DNA of 64,000 nt from an uncultured archaeon (GTDB lineage Archaea > Altiarchaeota > Altiarchaeia > IMC4 > SCGC-AAA252-I15): positions 1-64,000 of the forward strand of contig CABMCB010000071.1 in assembly GCA_902384455.1 (NCBI GenBank). The letters run 5' to 3'. Position 1 is the first letter of the stretch, and every line of letters begins with the position of its first letter. Shown here piece after piece: positions 9,790-19,246 of the stretch. Both the position numbers and the translations under genes were made by a program. Under the pieces are notes generated by a model. That model did no database searches, was not told the origin of the DNA, and saw only the letters and a program-made list of their open reading frames with translations.

Positions 9790-9854
9790 GGTATTGCTGC
9801 TCTATATACTCTTGTCACTTTCGCTTATATCGCAAAAAACAGGTGTATTGCGGC

Positions 9855-11150
9855 TTATTTCAGGCCGAGGCTGTGCTGGAGTATTCTCTTGACTTCTGCG
9901 GGAGGGCTTCCAAGGCGGATTATGGAGGTGTTTCCTCTAACGCCTTTCCCCGACACCGACAGAGTCACAAGCCCCAGCATCTCCAGGTCGTTGAGGTACT
10001 CCCTAAACCACCGCATAGTGCGGGGCGTTCGGTTCAGGGCTTTACAGGCTTTTTCGTATCCCTCGTATGCCTCCCCTGAAAAGAGTATGTCCGGCGGCAT
10101 GTCCGCAAGCCGCTTGTAGTTCCCGCCTTGAATGAGCAGCTCGGCTATGGCGTACAAGACTATCTGCTGGTGCTCCGGCAATGTCGTCACGAGTTCGAAT
10201 GTAATGTCCTCCTCAACGCCGGTCTTTGCCGCAATTACGTCCTCCTTCTTAATCCTGTCCCTGCTTTCCTTCTGGGCTATTTCACCCGCCTTCTGAAGCA
10301 GGCGCAACGCGTACCTAGCGTCGCCGTTCGTCTGCGCGGCATAAGCGGCTATCAACGCAACATTGCTTTCGGCTATGACCCCCGATTTAAGGCCGATTTT
10401 TATCCTTTCCTCCAAGATGGTGCTTAGTTCGTCGGCGTTGTACGGCCTAAACACCATGTCCTCTTCGCACAGGGTGCTTTTGGTGCGGGGGTCAAGTTTG
10501 TCTTTGAAGCTGAAGCTGTTTGTTATGCCTATGATGACTACTCGGCCCAATTTCTTCTGGCCGTCTTTTTCCACCTGTTCTATCTCGTCGTTTATGCGCG
10601 TCAGAAGGTAAATCAGCTCGTCGACGTCTTTCACCATGTCCACTTCGTCGAGTACTATCACAAGCCCTATGCCGTTTGCTTCCACAGTCTTCCTAAGGCG
10701 CTTGTACAGGTCTGTGGGCGACATGCCGGCAAGCTTCATTTGGGTGCGGCCGTCAAGCGGTCTTTCTTTGTGGTCTGGTCTGTTTAGGTAGGGGTCTTCT
10801 ACTATTTTGAGGAGTACTTGATATTTGCTGTTGAATCCGATGCGGCAGTTCATGTAGACTATGCCTATGTCGGTGGTTGATTTTTCCGCGTTTGCCGCCT
10901 CCGTCAGGTGGCGTATAACGTGTTTTATCACGGACGTTTTTCCTGTGCCTGTTTTGCCGTATACGAAGACGTTGTTGGGTTTTTCCCCTCTAAGTATGGG
11001 GGCGAGGGCTTTCACAACTTTTTTCACTTCCTCGCTTCTGTGCGGCAGGGCTTCGGGGACGTAGTGCGGCGATAATACTGTCAGGTCCTTAAATATTGTG
11101 CGTTCGGTGAGAGCCCCTTCGAAGAGATTTGCTGACATTGTAGGGGTCAA
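9855..11150 (-). CDS. cdc6: Orc1/Cdc6 replication initiation protein
   Basis: LPHRSEE, Walker A YGKTGTGKT, Walker B VLDEVD, GDARYALRLL, C-terminal winged helix. Confidence 0.97.
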   Translation of the reverse strand: MTPTMSANLFEGALTERTIFKDLTVLSPHYVPEALPHRSEEVKKVVKALAPILRGEKPNNVFVYGKTGTGKTSVIKHVIRHLTEAANAEKSTTDIGIVYMNCRIGFNSKYQVLLKIVEDPYLNRPDHKERPLDGRTQMKLAGMSPTDLYKRLRKTVEANGIGLVIVLDEVDMVKDVDELIYLLTRINDEIEQVEKDGQKKLGRVVIIGITNSFSFKDKLDPRTKSTLCEEDMVFRPYNADELSTILEERIKIGLKSGVIAESNVALIAAYAAQTNGDARYALRLLQKAGEIAQKESRDRIKKEDVIAAKTGVEEDITFELVTTLPEHQQIVLYAIAELLIQGGNYKRLADMPPDILFSGEAYEGYEKACKALNRTPRTMRWFREYLNDLEMLGLVTLSVSGKGVRGNTSIIRLGSPPAEVKRILQHSLGLK

Positions 11151-11229
11151 GAAATAGTATGCTTAATATATAAGGCGAATTCCATATAGACTATAGCCGA
11201 ATAGTACGTTACTATCGTGGTGATCCTAA

Positions 11230-11619
11230 ATGGTTTTTAAGAAAATCTTTGGCGGAGGCGGGGGCGACCCCGGCAAAGGAAAGAAAAGCGATGACATCGA
11301 CATCGAAGACTACTTGAATGACCTGAGCATCCGTGACGGACGCATCATAGAGCAGGAAAACATCATCTACGTAAAGCCCGTAGACCTGGACGCTGACGGA
11401 AAAGGTGTTGGCCTAGCGCTGAAGGAACTAGAGAAACACAACATAGTGGTCATAAGCATCCGCCCGCTGCTCAACAAAAAGCAGCTTCTGCACGACATAA
11501 TCAAGGAACTCAGAGACGCATGCACCGAAATGGACGGCGACATCGGCCGCATTTCCGAGGAGAAGATTCTTCTTGTGCCCAACGGCATGCGGATTGTTCA
11601 GAAGGCGGAAGGCGCCTGA
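11230..11619 (+). CDS. sepF: Cell division protein SepF (archaeal)
   Basis: ELEKHNIVVISI...MDGDIGRISEEKILLVPNGMRI. Confidence 0.85.
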   Translation: MVFKKIFGGGGGDPGKGKKSDDIDIEDYLNDLSIRDGRIIEQENIIYVKPVDLDADGKGVGLALKELEKHNIVVISIRPLLNKKQLLHDIIKELRDACTEMDGDIGRISEEKILLVPNGMRIVQKAEGA

Positions 11620-11697
11620 AGGCGTCTGCCGTTTATGTTGCGTGAGGGCGTTTGTCCTCACGTTCGCTCTTTTTTTTTTCTTGTTTTTATCAGAATT

Positions 11698-12420
11698 CTA
11701 GTCTACGTCTTGGAATATGGTTTCGTTGGGGAAGACCGTCATCCCCTTGTCTGTGACCTTAAACGGGCGTACGTGGTGGTCGAAGTTTGTTCCCCGCATT
11801 TTCTCGACGCTAACGGCGTAGACGCGTTCGCCTCTCTTCTCAATCCGGTGCAGGCGTATGACGCCGGCTGCCAGGAATTCTTCCATAGTGTTTTCGTCGT
11901 TCCTTGATTCGACTGTAAGAAGAGACGTGGTGCCTGTTCTTGTGAGGAAGTTCATTAGCGCAAGCAACTCCTTCCGTGAATCGGTCTGTTCCTTGTAGAG
12001 CATGCGGATTGTGGTTATGCTGTCCACCACTATCCTAGAGGGCTTAAGCGTCTCCACATTCTCCTGCATGACGGAAAGAAGGTTTTTGAGGGTGAACTCA
12101 GGCCGAGAAACGATGGTGTCCGTCTTTATCGTCCATAGGCCGGATTCTGTTTCTTGGGTGGTGTCGACGATTTTGATTCGCCTTAGGTCCCACCCGAAGA
12201 CCGACATGTTTTCCTTAAGCTCCTTGCTTTGTTCCTCAAGGGCTATGTAGAGGCCGCGTTCGTTGTTTTTGACTCCTTCCATGAGGAATTGCATTCCGAA
12301 TATGGTTTTTCCGGAGCCTGGTCCGCCGGTTACTGCGTAGGGTCGTCCTTCGACTAGGCCTCCTTGCAGCATTTCGTCTAGGCCTGGTACGCCGGTGGAT
12401 ATTTTCTTTAGTGCTGCCAC
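11698..12420 (-). CDS. KaiC/RAD55-family single-domain ATPase
   Basis: STGVPGLDEML.GG, GGPGSGKT, LEE, VVDSIT, VEKMRGT. Confidence 0.92.
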   Translation of the reverse strand: MAALKKISTGVPGLDEMLQGGLVEGRPYAVTGGPGSGKTIFGMQFLMEGVKNNERGLYIALEEQSKELKENMSVFGWDLRRIKIVDTTQETESGLWTIKTDTIVSRPEFTLKNLLSVMQENVETLKPSRIVVDSITTIRMLYKEQTDSRKELLALMNFLTRTGTTSLLTVESRNDENTMEEFLAAGVIRLHRIEKRGERVYAVSVEKMRGTNFDHHVRPFKVTDKGMTVFPNETIFQDVD

Positions 12421-12456
12421 GTTTAATGATGGCTGCTGTCGTTTAAATAATTCTTT

Positions 12457-12999
12457 TTAGGTTGGGTATTTGCGTATGATTTTGTATTCTGGGCCTTGGG
12501 GGGTTAGTTTGCTTTCTATTAGGTGGAATTGGGTGTTGGTGTAGTTGCCGTAGTTGTTTGTTGCGGTTCGGGTTATCCACTCTCCGAGTCCTTTTGGGTT
12601 TTTGAGTGTTGTGACTCGGGCTAGTGTTGTGTGGGCGTGGAATCTTTCGTCTTTGGGTATGTTGTGTGGGGTGAGGGTGTTTTCTATTTCTTCGTGTAGT
12701 CTGGTTATTTCTGCTTCTCCTGTTGATGTTCCGGCCCATATTACTCTGGCTTTTTGGGTTGTTGGGAAGGCTCCTGTTCCTTTGATGGATATGTTGAATG
12801 GCGGTGTCGGTATTTTGGTTAGGGCTTCTTCGATTGTTTTTGCGGTTTGTGGGTCGGTTTCGCCCAGGAATTTGAGTGTTATGTGGATGTTTTGGGGTTC
12901 GACGGTCTTCATTATGCCGTATTCTCGGAGTGTCTTGGCGTCTTCCGCTAGATGTTGCCTTATTTCGTCGGGTATGGGGGTGGCTATGAATAGTCGCAT
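12457..12999 (-). CDS. thpR: RNA 2',3'-cyclic phosphodiesterase (2H family)
   Basis: MRLFIA, HITLKFLGE and HTTLAR (two HxT motifs), S.LTPQGPEY. Confidence 0.93.
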   Translation of the reverse strand: MRLFIATPIPDEIRQHLAEDAKTLREYGIMKTVEPQNIHITLKFLGETDPQTAKTIEEALTKIPTPPFNISIKGTGAFPTTQKARVIWAGTSTGEAEITRLHEEIENTLTPHNIPKDERFHAHTTLARVTTLKNPKGLGEWITRTATNNYGNYTNTQFHLIESKLTPQGPEYKIIRKYPT

Positions 13000-13036
13000 G
13001 TTTCTTTTTTAGGGTGAAGGGGGGAAAATAAGTACT

Positions 13037-13384
13037 ATGTTGCCTGGAGGCATGAATCCGCGGGACATGAAGAAGATGATGAAGCGCATGGGCGTTTCCG
13101 TGGAGGAGATTGAGGCTTCCGAGGTTGTGATTAAGACGCCTTCGTACGATTTGGTGATTGATAGTCCGCAGGTTATGCGTATGGTCGTTTCGGGTCAGTC
13201 GATGTTTCAGATTTCCGGCAATGCGCGCAAGGAGTCTGGGCATGTGGTAGTTGAGTTTAATGCCGACGACGTTTCTTTGGTTGCTTCTCAGGCGGGCGTC
13301 TCGGAGGATGCGGCAAAAGCAGCTCTTGAGAAGGCGGGCGGGGATCTTGCTCAGGCGATTCTCGAATTGAAGAAGGGGGCGTAA
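13037..13384 (+). CDS. nac: Nascent polypeptide-associated complex protein
   Basis: MNPRDMKKMMKRMG; UBA-like end DVSLVASQAGVS..GDLAQAI. Confidence 0.95.
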   Translation: MLPGGMNPRDMKKMMKRMGVSVEEIEASEVVIKTPSYDLVIDSPQVMRMVVSGQSMFQISGNARKESGHVVVEFNADDVSLVASQAGVSEDAAKAALEKAGGDLAQAILELKKGA

Positions 13385-13398
13385 GTTCCCTGTTTGTT

Positions 13399-15060
13399 AT
13401 GGCCTCTAAGCCTGTTGGTTCGGCGTCAAGTGGTCGTCTTAATGGGTTGGTTTTTAGTCCTGTTTCTTTGCGCCAGGTTTCGGTTCCTCTGTGGCGTCTT
13501 AAGGATTTTCCGGGTAAAGACGCCGTCGTCCACGAGTGTGACGTTGTAGTGGTGGGGGCGGGCGCTGCCGGTCTTAGGGCTGCTATTGAGGTTCGTGAGG
13601 CGGGTTTGGATGTTGCGGTTGTGTCCAAGGGTCTTCTCCCACCCAAGAAGGACAGCGCAAATACTCCCAAGGCTCAGGGCGGCATTGCCGCGGCTTTGGG
13701 GGATGATGATGATACCCGGTTGCATTATAGCGACACTTTGAAGGCTGGGGCCGGGTTGTGCAGTCTTCCTGCGGTGAAGGCGCTTGTTGAGGAGGGGCCT
13801 GAAAGGATTAGGGAGCTTGTTTCCTGGGGCATGCAGTTTGACATGAATCTGGAGCGCCTTGACTTGACTTTGGAGGGGGCGCATAGCAGGCGCAGAATCG
13901 TGCATCATCTCGATGCCACTGGGGCTGAGCTTTCACGGTGCCTCGGAGTCCACCTTAGGGGTTTGAAGCCCAGTTTTTTCGGCTCCACATTTGTCACTGA
14001 TTTTGTCGTTAATGACGGTTCTGTTGTGGCCGCCGTCGGTTTTGACCGTAGGGGTTGTCCTGTCGTTTTTTCTGCTCGCTGCTTTGTTTTGGCTTCTGGC
14101 GGTTGCGGGTCGCTTTTCGGGGATACTGTCAATTGGGAGGGCGCTACTGGAGACGGTGTTGCTGCGGCTTTTCGCGCCGGCGCTTTGGTTTCCGACATGG
14201 AGTTTTACCAGTTTCATCCTACTGCTCTTGCCGTTCCTGTGGACGGAAAGAGGTATCTCATATCGGAGTCTGTGCGCGGGGAGGGCGGCCGGCTGATTAA
14301 TGACCGCGGGGAGCGTTTTATGTTTAGGTATCATAGGCGTGGGGAGCTTGCTCCTCGTGATGTTGTTGCTCGCGCCATTTGGACTGAGTTAACGTCAGGT
14401 CGCCTCGTGTTTATCGACATTAGCCAGAAGGGTGAGGCGTATGTTCGGCGTCGTTTTCCTTTTTTGTATGGCATTTGCCGTAAGGCGGGTTTTAATCTTG
14501 GCGTGGGTCCTGTTCCTGTTGCGCCTTCCGCTCACTACATGATTGGCGGAGTTTTGACTGATTTATCTGGTGCGACTTCGCTTCCGGGTTTGTTTGCGTG
14601 CGGGGAGGTTGCGTGCACAGGAGTTCACGGAGCAAACCGATTGGCGAGCAACAGTCTGACTGAGGCTCTTGTTTTTGGCCGCCGGGCAGGCGAGTCTTCG
14701 GTTTTGTTTTCGCAAAAGGTTTCTCGTCGTTTGCCGAGGTTTTCGGCGGGGTCTGTTTCAAGTGATGCTCTTTCCTCCTCGGTCCGGGAGTCGCTTCATC
14801 GTATCGCGTGGAGGCGGCTTGGGATTGTGCGCGAGGGTATGAGCTTGGAGTCTGCACGTAGGGACTTGTCGAAGCTGGATTGTTCAGGAACGTTAAGGTG
14901 CGATTGGCCGTCTCTTGAGGCGTCTAATATGGTCGTCTGCGCTTCGTTGATTGCTGAGGCTGCGTTGTTGCGTGAGGAAAGCCGTGGCTCACACTTCAGG
15001 AGTGATTTCCCTAAGAAGGACGCTTCGTTTAAGCGTCACATGGTTTTTTCCCGTGTTTGA
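13399..15060 (+). CDS. nadB: L-aspartate oxidase
   Basis: GAGAAG FAD motif, AQGGIAA, EGAHSRRRIVH, QFHPT, LISESVRGEG, HYMIGG, HGANRLASNSL, ESRGSHFR. Confidence 0.92.
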   Translation: MASKPVGSASSGRLNGLVFSPVSLRQVSVPLWRLKDFPGKDAVVHECDVVVVGAGAAGLRAAIEVREAGLDVAVVSKGLLPPKKDSANTPKAQGGIAAALGDDDDTRLHYSDTLKAGAGLCSLPAVKALVEEGPERIRELVSWGMQFDMNLERLDLTLEGAHSRRRIVHHLDATGAELSRCLGVHLRGLKPSFFGSTFVTDFVVNDGSVVAAVGFDRRGCPVVFSARCFVLASGGCGSLFGDTVNWEGATGDGVAAAFRAGALVSDMEFYQFHPTALAVPVDGKRYLISESVRGEGGRLINDRGERFMFRYHRRGELAPRDVVARAIWTELTSGRLVFIDISQKGEAYVRRRFPFLYGICRKAGFNLGVGPVPVAPSAHYMIGGVLTDLSGATSLPGLFACGEVACTGVHGANRLASNSLTEALVFGRRAGESSVLFSQKVSRRLPRFSAGSVSSDALSSSVRESLHRIAWRRLGIVREGMSLESARRDLSKLDCSGTLRCDWPSLEASNMVVCASLIAEAALLREESRGSHFRSDFPKKDASFKRHMVFSRV

Positions 15061-15070
15061 GTTTGGCCGG

Positions 15071-16123
15071 CTAGTACGAGAGGGGTTTCCAGTATTTGTC
15101 TTTGTCTAGGCGTTCTGCGACGTCTACGTCGTAGAATTCCGCGATGGGCTCCAGTGCCTTCGGGTAGTTGCGCCAGACTTGCTTTAGTCCTTCCCTGACT
15201 TTTTTGACTCCGCCTTTGGTGAGTTTGCCCATGGGAGGTTTGCATCGTCCGTCCATCATGCCCACACCAGCCATCATAGTCTTGATTGGAACGGGGTTTG
15301 GGAACTTGTATGTGACTTCGGCGGTTGAGCCGTCCGGGAGCTTGATTTTCTCGGTTGTTGCGACTCCCACCATCTGGAACAGAGGCTTTAACGCCTCGTC
15401 TATTACCGCGGCTTCATCTGTTTTGCCGTTAAGCAGAAGCCTCGTCATCTCCACTATAGAAGCAGGCGTTATGTTGCTTATCACAGATATCACTCCGCAC
15501 GCTCCAATGGAGGTGTCCGTCATCATCCTCGTGGTGTTGGGGTCGTCTCCAGAGAAAATGTTGAATTCCTCAGGCAGCAACGTCCTCGTCCTCTTCATCC
15601 GCTCGAAGTCGCCTGTCGCCTCCTTAACGGCAACCAAATTAGGGTGCTCGCTTCTAAGTATCGCCAAATCCTCAGGCAAAATTACAGTGACACTCCTGCC
15701 GGGAATGGCGTAAGCTATGAACTCCGTCTCAGGAAAAGCAGACAATATGCGGCCGTAATACTCTTTCCTAAGCTCCAAAGATGATGGTTTGTTGTAGTAG
15801 CAGTCCACAAGCAGGCATGTTTTGACGCCTGCGTTGACGGCAAGTTTTGTCTCATGAATCGCCTCGTCGGTAGAGTTGCTTCCTGTTCCGGCCAAAACGT
15901 TTGTTTTGCCTGCCGCCCAGCCTGCGACGCGCGCAATGACTTCAGCGTGCTCTCCGTGGGCTACAGTCGCCGATTCTCCGGTCGTCCCCATAGGGAGTAT
16001 TCCGTTTATTCCTTCCTCAATCTGGAAGTCCACGTTTCGCTTTAGGCTCTCCCAGTCAACAGCAAAATCTTTTCCAAACGGAGTCACCAAAGCAGTCCAG
16101 CAACCAGTGTACGCCTGATTCAT
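15071..16123 (-). CDS. dapA: 4-hydroxy-tetrahydrodipicolinate synthase
   Basis: TALVTPF, GTTGES, GTGSNST, YYNKP, VKEATG, PNPVPIK; start taken at ATG 16123. Confidence 0.9.
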   Translation of the reverse strand: MNQAYTGCWTALVTPFGKDFAVDWESLKRNVDFQIEEGINGILPMGTTGESATVAHGEHAEVIARVAGWAAGKTNVLAGTGSNSTDEAIHETKLAVNAGVKTCLLVDCYYNKPSSLELRKEYYGRILSAFPETEFIAYAIPGRSVTVILPEDLAILRSEHPNLVAVKEATGDFERMKRTRTLLPEEFNIFSGDDPNTTRMMTDTSIGACGVISVISNITPASIVEMTRLLLNGKTDEAAVIDEALKPLFQMVGVATTEKIKLPDGSTAEVTYKFPNPVPIKTMMAGVGMMDGRCKPPMGKLTKGGVKKVREGLKQVWRNYPKALEPIAEFYDVDVAERLDKDKYWKPLSY

Positions 16124-16160
16124 CTTCGTCTTAATAATGTCCTCGTTCCTTATAAGAAAC

Positions 16161-17930
16161 ATGTGCGGAATCGCAGGGTACGCAGGCCAGAAAAACGCGG
16201 CCGACATTTTGTTTGACATGCTTGCGCGCCTGGAGTACCGAGGCTACGATTCGGCGGGAATAGCTTGCGTAGTCGGCGACTCGATTGTCATAAGCAAGGA
16301 GAAAGGGAAGGTCTCCGAAGTCCGAAAGAAAATCAATCCAGAAAAAATCAAGTCTCACGTGGGAGTCGCTCACACCCGCTGGGCGACGCACGGCGGACCG
16401 AATCAGGTGAATGCGCATCCGCACGCAAGCCCCGATAAAATGTTTGTCGTGGCTCACAACGGCATAATAGAGAATTACGCGGAAATCAAAAGCGAGCTTA
16501 AGGAGGCGGGCGCAGTTTTCGCAAGCGAAACGGACACTGAAGTCGTCGCGCACCTTCTGCAGCGCAACTACGACGGCGACCTAATCGAAGCCTTCAAGAA
16601 GACGCTTCACAAGCTCAGAGGAAGCTACGCCCTAACGGCATTAAGCGCGCGCCACCCGGACCGCATACTAATCGCAAGAAACGAAAGCCCCCTTCTAATC
16701 GGCCTCGCGGAAGGCGAAACTTACATAGCATCAGATGCGCCCGCATTCCTGCCTTACACCAAAAAAGCGGTTTTCCTCTCAGACGGAGACTACGGCGTAG
16801 TGACCAAAGACGGCGTAACACTCTACAGCATCAAATCAGGACGCACAGTGAAGAGGCCTGCCGAAGTTTTGACTTGGGATGTCGGCGCTGCCGAGAAAGG
16901 CGGATATCACCATTTTATGCTTAAGGAAATCAACGAGGAGCCTGAGGCGGCGCGAAACGCTCTTACTGAGCCAAAGGAAATTTCGGCAATCGCCAAGAAG
17001 ATTGCAGGAAAAAAACGCGTCTACTTCGTCGCATGCGGCACCGCATATCACGCGGGATTGTACGCCAAATATGCGCTGGAACACTTCGGAATTCCTTCTG
17101 AAGCGGTCGTAGCAAGCGAATTCCGCTACAGCACTCTCTCGACGGTGGACGCGGAATGCGGCGTTATCGCAGTAAGCCAAAGCGGAGAGACAGCCGACAC
17201 ATTAGCCGCAGTCAAAGGCGCCAAAAAGAAAGGCGCCTACGTCGCATCCGTCGTAAACGTCGTCGGCAGCTCTCTTGCCCGCGAATCAAACGACGTGGCG
17301 TACACAAGAAGCGGCCCTGAAATAGCGGTCGCATCAACTAAAGCGTACATAGGACAGACTACTCTTCTTGCAGCGCTCTCCTTGGAAATCGCCCTAGAAA
17401 AAAACGCAGTCTCAAAATCCGACTACGAACGCTTTATGGCTGAACTTGAGAAAATCCCCGAAACAATCAAAATCGTCCTTGACGCAAACAAAGTCGAAGA
17501 GGAAGCAGAAAAGCACGCTACCAAAACCACATTCTTCTTCATAGGCCGCCGGCAGAATTATCCGACTGCTTTGGAGGGCGCGCTTAAGCTGAAGGAGATT
17601 AGTTACGTGCACGCCGAAGGTTATCCTGCGGGGGAACTTAAGCATGGGCCATTGGCGCTTCTTGAGCCGGGCGTCGTGGTGATGACCGTGTTGTCGGCGG
17701 ATGAGTTGGCGCCTAAGCTCGCCTCAAACATCGAGGAAGTCAGGAGCCGCGGCGCGTCAGTCGTCAAAGTGGGCTACGGCGGAGACCTAAAGACTCCTCA
17801 GGTTTCTCCGGTGCTTGCGCCTATAGTCAACATCGTGCCCCTACACCTGTTCGCCTACTACATGAGCACACTCAAAGGATTAGACCCGGACAAACCAAGA
17901 AACCTCGCTAAGTCCGTTACGGTGGAATAG
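16161..17930 (+). CDS. glmS: Glutamine--fructose-6-phosphate aminotransferase
   Basis: N-terminal MCGI, LEYRGYDSAG, HTRWATHG, SQSGETADT, DKPRNLAKSVTVE. Confidence 0.98.
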   Translation: MCGIAGYAGQKNAADILFDMLARLEYRGYDSAGIACVVGDSIVISKEKGKVSEVRKKINPEKIKSHVGVAHTRWATHGGPNQVNAHPHASPDKMFVVAHNGIIENYAEIKSELKEAGAVFASETDTEVVAHLLQRNYDGDLIEAFKKTLHKLRGSYALTALSARHPDRILIARNESPLLIGLAEGETYIASDAPAFLPYTKKAVFLSDGDYGVVTKDGVTLYSIKSGRTVKRPAEVLTWDVGAAEKGGYHHFMLKEINEEPEAARNALTEPKEISAIAKKIAGKKRVYFVACGTAYHAGLYAKYALEHFGIPSEAVVASEFRYSTLSTVDAECGVIAVSQSGETADTLAAVKGAKKKGAYVASVVNVVGSSLARESNDVAYTRSGPEIAVASTKAYIGQTTLLAALSLEIALEKNAVSKSDYERFMAELEKIPETIKIVLDANKVEEEAEKHATKTTFFFIGRRQNYPTALEGALKLKEISYVHAEGYPAGELKHGPLALLEPGVVVMTVLSADELAPKLASNIEEVRSRGASVVKVGYGGDLKTPQVSPVLAPIVNIVPLHLFAYYMSTLKGLDPDKPRNLAKSVTVE

Positions 17931-17933
17931 CAT

Positions 17934-18413
17934 ATGTGTTTGATTAATTCAAATCGTTCGTGTTCGCTTTGCGTTTTATTCCTCCTCCTTGCTTTTTCCC
18001 AAGGGTGTATCGAGACAACCCCTTCATCAAATACTCCTAGCACAATGAATGTATCCGTCTGTACTGGATACGACCAATCGCATACCTTAGACTGTTACTA
18101 TAGAACATCTAAGACTCTTCGTAATTCATCCATCTGTCTGTTGATTGACGAGAAGTATATGCTGCGATATTTCTGCCTTGAGGAAATGAATGCGCTCGAC
18201 AACCAGACAACTAAAATAATCCATCAATGCACTACAGATTCAGAATGCGTTATGTTTGGTCCCTATCCCTCCACGTGCATCAACAGGCGGTATTCCGATC
18301 GAACAGGTTTTGTGGGACCATTCTGGTCCATGATCACGCCTCTTGAAAATTGTGGAGATTCCTGCTGTCACTGTATTAACAATCAATGCACGGCAGTCAT
18401 AACAAAGCCCTAA
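17934..18413 (+). CDS. Cys-rich putative lipoprotein
   Basis: Lipobox-like FSQGC; many cysteines (CTTDSECV, CCHCINNQC). Confidence 0.65.
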   Translation: MCLINSNRSCSLCVLFLLLAFSQGCIETTPSSNTPSTMNVSVCTGYDQSHTLDCYYRTSKTLRNSSICLLIDEKYMLRYFCLEEMNALDNQTTKIIHQCTTDSECVMFGPYPSTCINRRYSDRTGFVGPFWSMITPLENCGDSCCHCINNQCTAVITKP

Positions 18414-19240
18414 ACAATCAGGCTTATCGCGTATCCTATGAATGCTCCTGCAGTCAGCGGCGGTAGCGCTGGCAGTGTGACGTGTTTTTTCGTTTGGATG
18501 TAGAAGTAGAGCGCCATCAGGCCCAAAAATCCTCCTGCGACTACAAGCAGGCTCGTGTGCTGGCCGCTGCTGTGGTACGCGGATACCGCAAACATTAGGG
18601 GCATGACGAGGTCTCCTGTGCCTAATCCGAGCATTCGGCCTCCCATCGGTATCTGGAACATTAAGGGCACATTTCCTTCTTCTTCACTTGAGGATTCCGC
18701 AAGCGCAACCATGTGTTTTGTGCCGAACACTGCGATAAGGTCGTATGCGGATAACGCGGCAAGAAGTAGTGCGGCTGGAAACAGGTTGAATGAGGCGCCA
18801 ATAAACGCTCCTATGCCGGCGCAAGTAAGCCCTAATACGCCGTTTAAGATTAGGAGGTTTCTGTTCCTGAAGAAAATGAACGCAAGCAACAGAGGAAGAG
18901 AAAATACGACGCCCAATCCGCCAAAAAGACCTATGAGCCCTATAGAAAGCCCTGAAAATATCGAAAGGTACATAAACAAGCGAATCAGGCGGGAAAGACC
19001 CAATTTAATGAGTACCAGAAGTATTCCCGTGACAAGAATAATGTACCCTATGAGGAATCCGCTTGACGCCGGGTCATTTGGGTCGCCTGCAATCGGAGTA
19101 ATAGGAACGGACTCCCCCAAAACAACGACTTCGCCCGGACCATATATCACATCAACAAGCGGGACAGCAATGCTTAATCCCGCGGCCATTACGCCTATAT
19201 AAAGTGCCGCAATAGCCGCGATTGAACGTAAATCTTTCAT
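18410..19240 (-). CDS. Presenilin/SPP-family intramembrane aspartyl protease
   Basis: AYDLIAVFGTKHM, LGTGDL, PALP motifs; multiple TM helices. Confidence 0.92.
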   Translation of the reverse strand: MKDLRSIAAIAALYIGVMAAGLSIAVPLVDVIYGPGEVVVLGESVPITPIAGDPNDPASSGFLIGYIILVTGILLVLIKLGLSRLIRLFMYLSIFSGLSIGLIGLFGGLGVVFSLPLLLAFIFFRNRNLLILNGVLGLTCAGIGAFIGASFNLFPAALLLAALSAYDLIAVFGTKHMVALAESSSEEEGNVPLMFQIPMGGRMLGLGTGDLVMPLMFAVSAYHSSGQHTSLLVVAGGFLGLMALYFYIQTKKHVTLPALPPLTAGAFIGYAISLIV

Positions 19241-19246
19241 AGTCGT

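Noticed and set aside
11151-11229. Replication origin next to cdc6
   Set aside because: The 79-bp spacer has no ORB or G-string repeats and no unwinding element; only a short ATAGTA-CGT-TACTAT palindrome.
12443-13243. Long alternative-frame ORFs rich in R/H/N/T/P (also 31487-32173, 37329-38144, 56980-57609, 24023-24523)
   Set aside because: They overlap well-supported genes and arise because A/C-rich strands are depleted of stop codons.
16124-16160. glmS ribozyme
   Set aside because: Only 37 bp lie upstream of glmS, too little for the RNA.
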